Below are positions 62,722-64,000 of a stretch of 64,000 bases of DNA, in pieces. Source of the stretch: Chiloscyllium plagiosum. Its lineage: Eukaryota. Each line of letters opens with the position of its first letter. The stretch's first letter is position 1. Location: positions 14,134,364-14,198,363 of the forward strand of contig NC_057719.1 in assembly GCF_004010195.1 (NCBI RefSeq), written 5' to 3'. The translations under genes and the position numbers were made by a program. Under the pieces are notes generated by a model, which did not search any database, was not told the DNA's origin, and was given only the letters and a program-made list of their open reading frames with translations.

Positions 62722-63194
62722 CTGAATTGAGGCAAAGAGAACAAATGGTTCAGATGCAGTTCTGATTTTTTTTAATTCCAGCCTTTGACAACACACACAT
62801 CACATGGATAATGGTTCAATCAAACACCACAATTGTTTCTGAGGAAGGGCCACTTGACCTGAAAATTTTGATTTCTCGTCACAGATGCTGCCAGATTTGC
62901 TGAGCTTTTCCAGCAATTTCTGTTTTTGTCCTACAATTGCTTCACTGTCCTGTTGACACCTTGAAATGGAATGTTGGGAATTCTGTTTGCTTGCTCTGAA
63001 TATCCCCTCACAGTAATTCTGTGTGTTGTAACAGTGAGCCTAGACTCTTATGGGACATCTGAACATACCTATTGATGGAGTCACTTTCCCTAACGCAGTC
63101 GTAGTGTGATTCTTTTGTACCTGATGACCTTAAGAAAACTGATCATTACAAATGTAATGGGTCTTTATTCTTTTACTTAGCAATGCTCCATGAC

Positions 63195-63411
63195 CTCTCC
63201 CTCTCTCTCCCACACGTACGCATGCGCGCACACACACAACCTTTCTCTCTCCCTCTCTCTCTCTCTCACACACATAAATCAATGGGGTAAAATTGCATTT
63301 GCAGATTTGAATTTGTAGGTACATTCTATTTTGTTCAAAAAGCACACAATCAGTCATAGAATCTCTCCCTCTCTCTCCCACACGTGCGCATGCGCGCACA
63401 CACACAACCTT

Positions 63412-63446
<35 letters not shown>

Positions 63447-63533
63447 TAAATCAATGGGGTAAAATTGCATTTGCAGATTTGAATTTGTAGGTATATTCTA
63501 TTTTGTTCAAAAAGCACACAATCAGTCATAGAA
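63195..63533. repeat. Tandem duplication of ~170 bp containing (CT)n/(CA)n tracts
   Basis: Two copies (about 63195-63363 and 63364-63533), each ending AATCAGTCATAGAATC. Confidence 0.88.
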
Positions 63534-63835
63534 TCCCTGCAGCGTGGAAACAGGCCCTTCAAGTCCACACTGACCCTCCAAAGAGTATTCCACTCAAACA
63601 CATCCCTCTACATTTACCCCTAACCTACACATCTCTGAACACTATGGGCAATTTAGCACGGCCAATTCATCTAATCTACACATTTTTGGATTATGGGAGG
63701 AAACCAGAGCACCCGGAGGAAACCCACACAGACACAGGCAGAATGTGTAAACTCCATACAGACAATCACCCAAGGCTAGAATCGAACCCGGGTCCCTGGT
63801 GCTGTGAGGCCACAGTGCTAACCACTCAGCCACCA
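63525..63835 (-). mobile_element. HE1/V-SINE-like SINE
   Basis: Reverse complement of the family. Confidence 0.85.
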
Positions 63836-64000
63836 TACGTAGCTTTTTATAAATTCCTACTTCTGGCTCCAGGGCGAGATACAAACACACTAGAAACTTG
63901 GCTTCACATCTAAAAAGCATTGTCTGACCTTTATTCTGATAAAACCTGAATTTATCTTGGGGCAGGGATTTACATATTGATCAATTGAAAATTGCATCTC

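Overview
Eukaryotic, repeat-rich genomic DNA, most likely from a shark. This is inferred from abundant HE1/V-SINE-like tRNA-derived SINEs, CR1-clade LINEs and Penelope-like fragments. There are two host genes, both on the minus strand. (1) The last seven coding exons of an LTBP gene, best matching LTBP2 (62721 down to the stop at 37629); its 5' part lies beyond the window. (2) Downstream of it, an unusual predicted 355-aa secreted protein from two coding exons (20125-19903 and 8837-7993). It joins a signal peptide and a Ser/Thr/Pro-rich stalk directly to a single-exon C1r/C1s/MASP/haptoglobin-type serine-protease domain, with no CUB/EGF/CCP modules visible. His57, Asp102, Asp189 and the R|ILGG activation site are intact, but the nucleophile motif reads GDTGG (Ser195->Thr). 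The window also holds many minimal hammerhead-ribozyme motifs in Penelope-derived terminal repeats, several as fold-back insertions flanked by 13-15 bp direct duplications. Other features are a class I ERV gag remnant, LTR-like elements, a dead duplicate of an LTBP2 exon start, a decayed unknown reading frame in the last LTBP2 intron, and several recent tandem duplications. Family and gene assignments come from recalled motifs, not database searches.
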